Shown here: positions 34,182 to 34,998 of the stretch, in pieces | Layout: the number at the start of each line of letters is the position of its first letter | Numbering within the stretch: the stretch's first letter is position 1 | The notes under the pieces: generated by a model | Database searches by the model: none | What the model saw: only the letters and a program-made list of their open reading frames with translations | Told to the model about the DNA's origin: nothing | Translations under genes and position numbers: made by a program | From: Intoshia linei | Lineage: Eukaryota > Animalia > Orthonectida | Assembly (NCBI GenBank): GCA_001642005.1 | Contig: LWCA01000273.1 | Coordinates: 1-34,998 of the forward strand | Direction of reading: 5' to 3' | Length of the DNA stretch: 34,998 bases

Positions 34182-34810
34182 TTAACAATCAAATTCAAAC
34201 TTGATGGTTCTACAACAAGCGTCCGATCCAGCGGTTATAACTGTATCTTTGCTGCAAAAATCAAGTCCAATTATATTTGAGTTTCTATGTAATCCTAAAT
34301 TGAACAGGTTACTACAATAAGTAACTTTAGTAAAAAAAACTAAACTAGTAAAGTACTACACGAAGGCTACAACTTATCAAAACACTTGATGGTAATTTCT
34401 GAGTGATTCATCTTAAACAAATAACTCATTGTGAATACTGACAGTGCGTGGTAAAGCGAATTGTCCCTATCAAAATTAAAAAATGCCTACAGAAAATATT
34501 ATCAAGTTAATCGCATTGCCGGTGGAGTAGGTGTACTTTAAATCAAATACCAATACTTAAAATAAATCAACATAATCATTGCATTTTCATTATTTGTGGT
34601 AAATTCTATTACATGGCAATGAATAATGTAGCTTTTACATCAATCAATAAAATTAAAGTATAATAAACCTATAATATTTAAATATTTTGATTTAGCGGTG
34701 CGCTTGTAAATTTTAACATTATTGTCCAAGGAACAAGAAGCAAATATATCATCATCAAACCAAGCAATAACATTAATTTTTGCTTCATGGTACCAAGATC
34801 CTTTGGCAAC
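34182..34810 (-). CDS. WDR1: WD40-repeat protein, probably WDR1/AIP1, last two exons only (34810-34669, 34294-34182)
   Basis: W.YHEAKINVIAW....FASCSLDNNVKIY spliced to GLHRNSNIIGLDFCSKDTVITAGSDACCR resembles the last two WD repeats of AIP1. Gene continues beyond the window. Confidence 0.68.
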
Positions 34811-34837
34811 CTGAAAATTACAATAAAAATTAATTAA

Positions 34838-34988
34838 CCCATTAGTGACCGACACCCTTTATACTTGGTCAAACATTATGATTTTCGAAATGTATTATTT
34901 AAATATGTGTAAAATTTCTAAGGTTTTGAGATACTAGAACTGGATAAACTGGGAATGACTACATATGTAGTCATTGGCCGCTAATCGG
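34838..34988. mobile_element. piggyBac-like MITE in a WDR1 intron
   Basis: TTAA|CCCATTAGTGACC left end. Right end GGCCGCTAATCGG matches its reverse complement at 10/13. Perfect 22-bp subterminal palindrome at 34954-34975. Confidence 0.6.
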
Positions 34989-34998
34989 AAAACAACAT

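Noticed and set aside
1-34998. CRISPR array, prokaryotic operon or alternative genetic code
   Set aside because: No regularly spaced repeats; genes are spliced and translate under the standard code with TAA, TAG and TGA all used as stops.

Overview
Very AT-rich eukaryotic (animal) genomic DNA with spliceosomal GT-AG introns, many only 35-55 bp. Ten protein-coding genes can be rebuilt by hand with consistent splice phases: a mitochondrial IF3-like gene, a syntaxin-7/12-type Qa-SNARE, exocyst EXOC1/Sec3, STARD10-like, TIMM22, a highly diverged miniature sortilin/Vps10p-domain receptor (two track ORFs joined by one intron), a neuroligin-like cholinesterase-fold protein, calaxin (EFCAB1), haspin kinase and the 3' end of WDR1/AIP1. 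Most long introns and intergenic gaps hold small DNA transposon relics: six copies of one non-autonomous Helitron family, many hAT MITEs with 8-bp TSDs, a decayed Buster-type hAT transposase, a Chapaev3-like deletion derivative, and Tc1/mariner, piggyBac-like and Kolobok-like remnants, including a three-layer nested insertion. Tiny introns, strong protein divergence, and neuronal plus ciliary genes suggest a genome-reduced, fast-evolving animal; an orthonectid such as Intoshia is my guess, not verified. I saw no CRISPR array, rRNA or intact tRNA. I did not find a wholly new biological system. The most unusual items are two stripped-down membrane receptors, overlapping or bidirectional 3' ends, and the transposon architecture. 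All homology calls come from remembered family motifs, not database searches.
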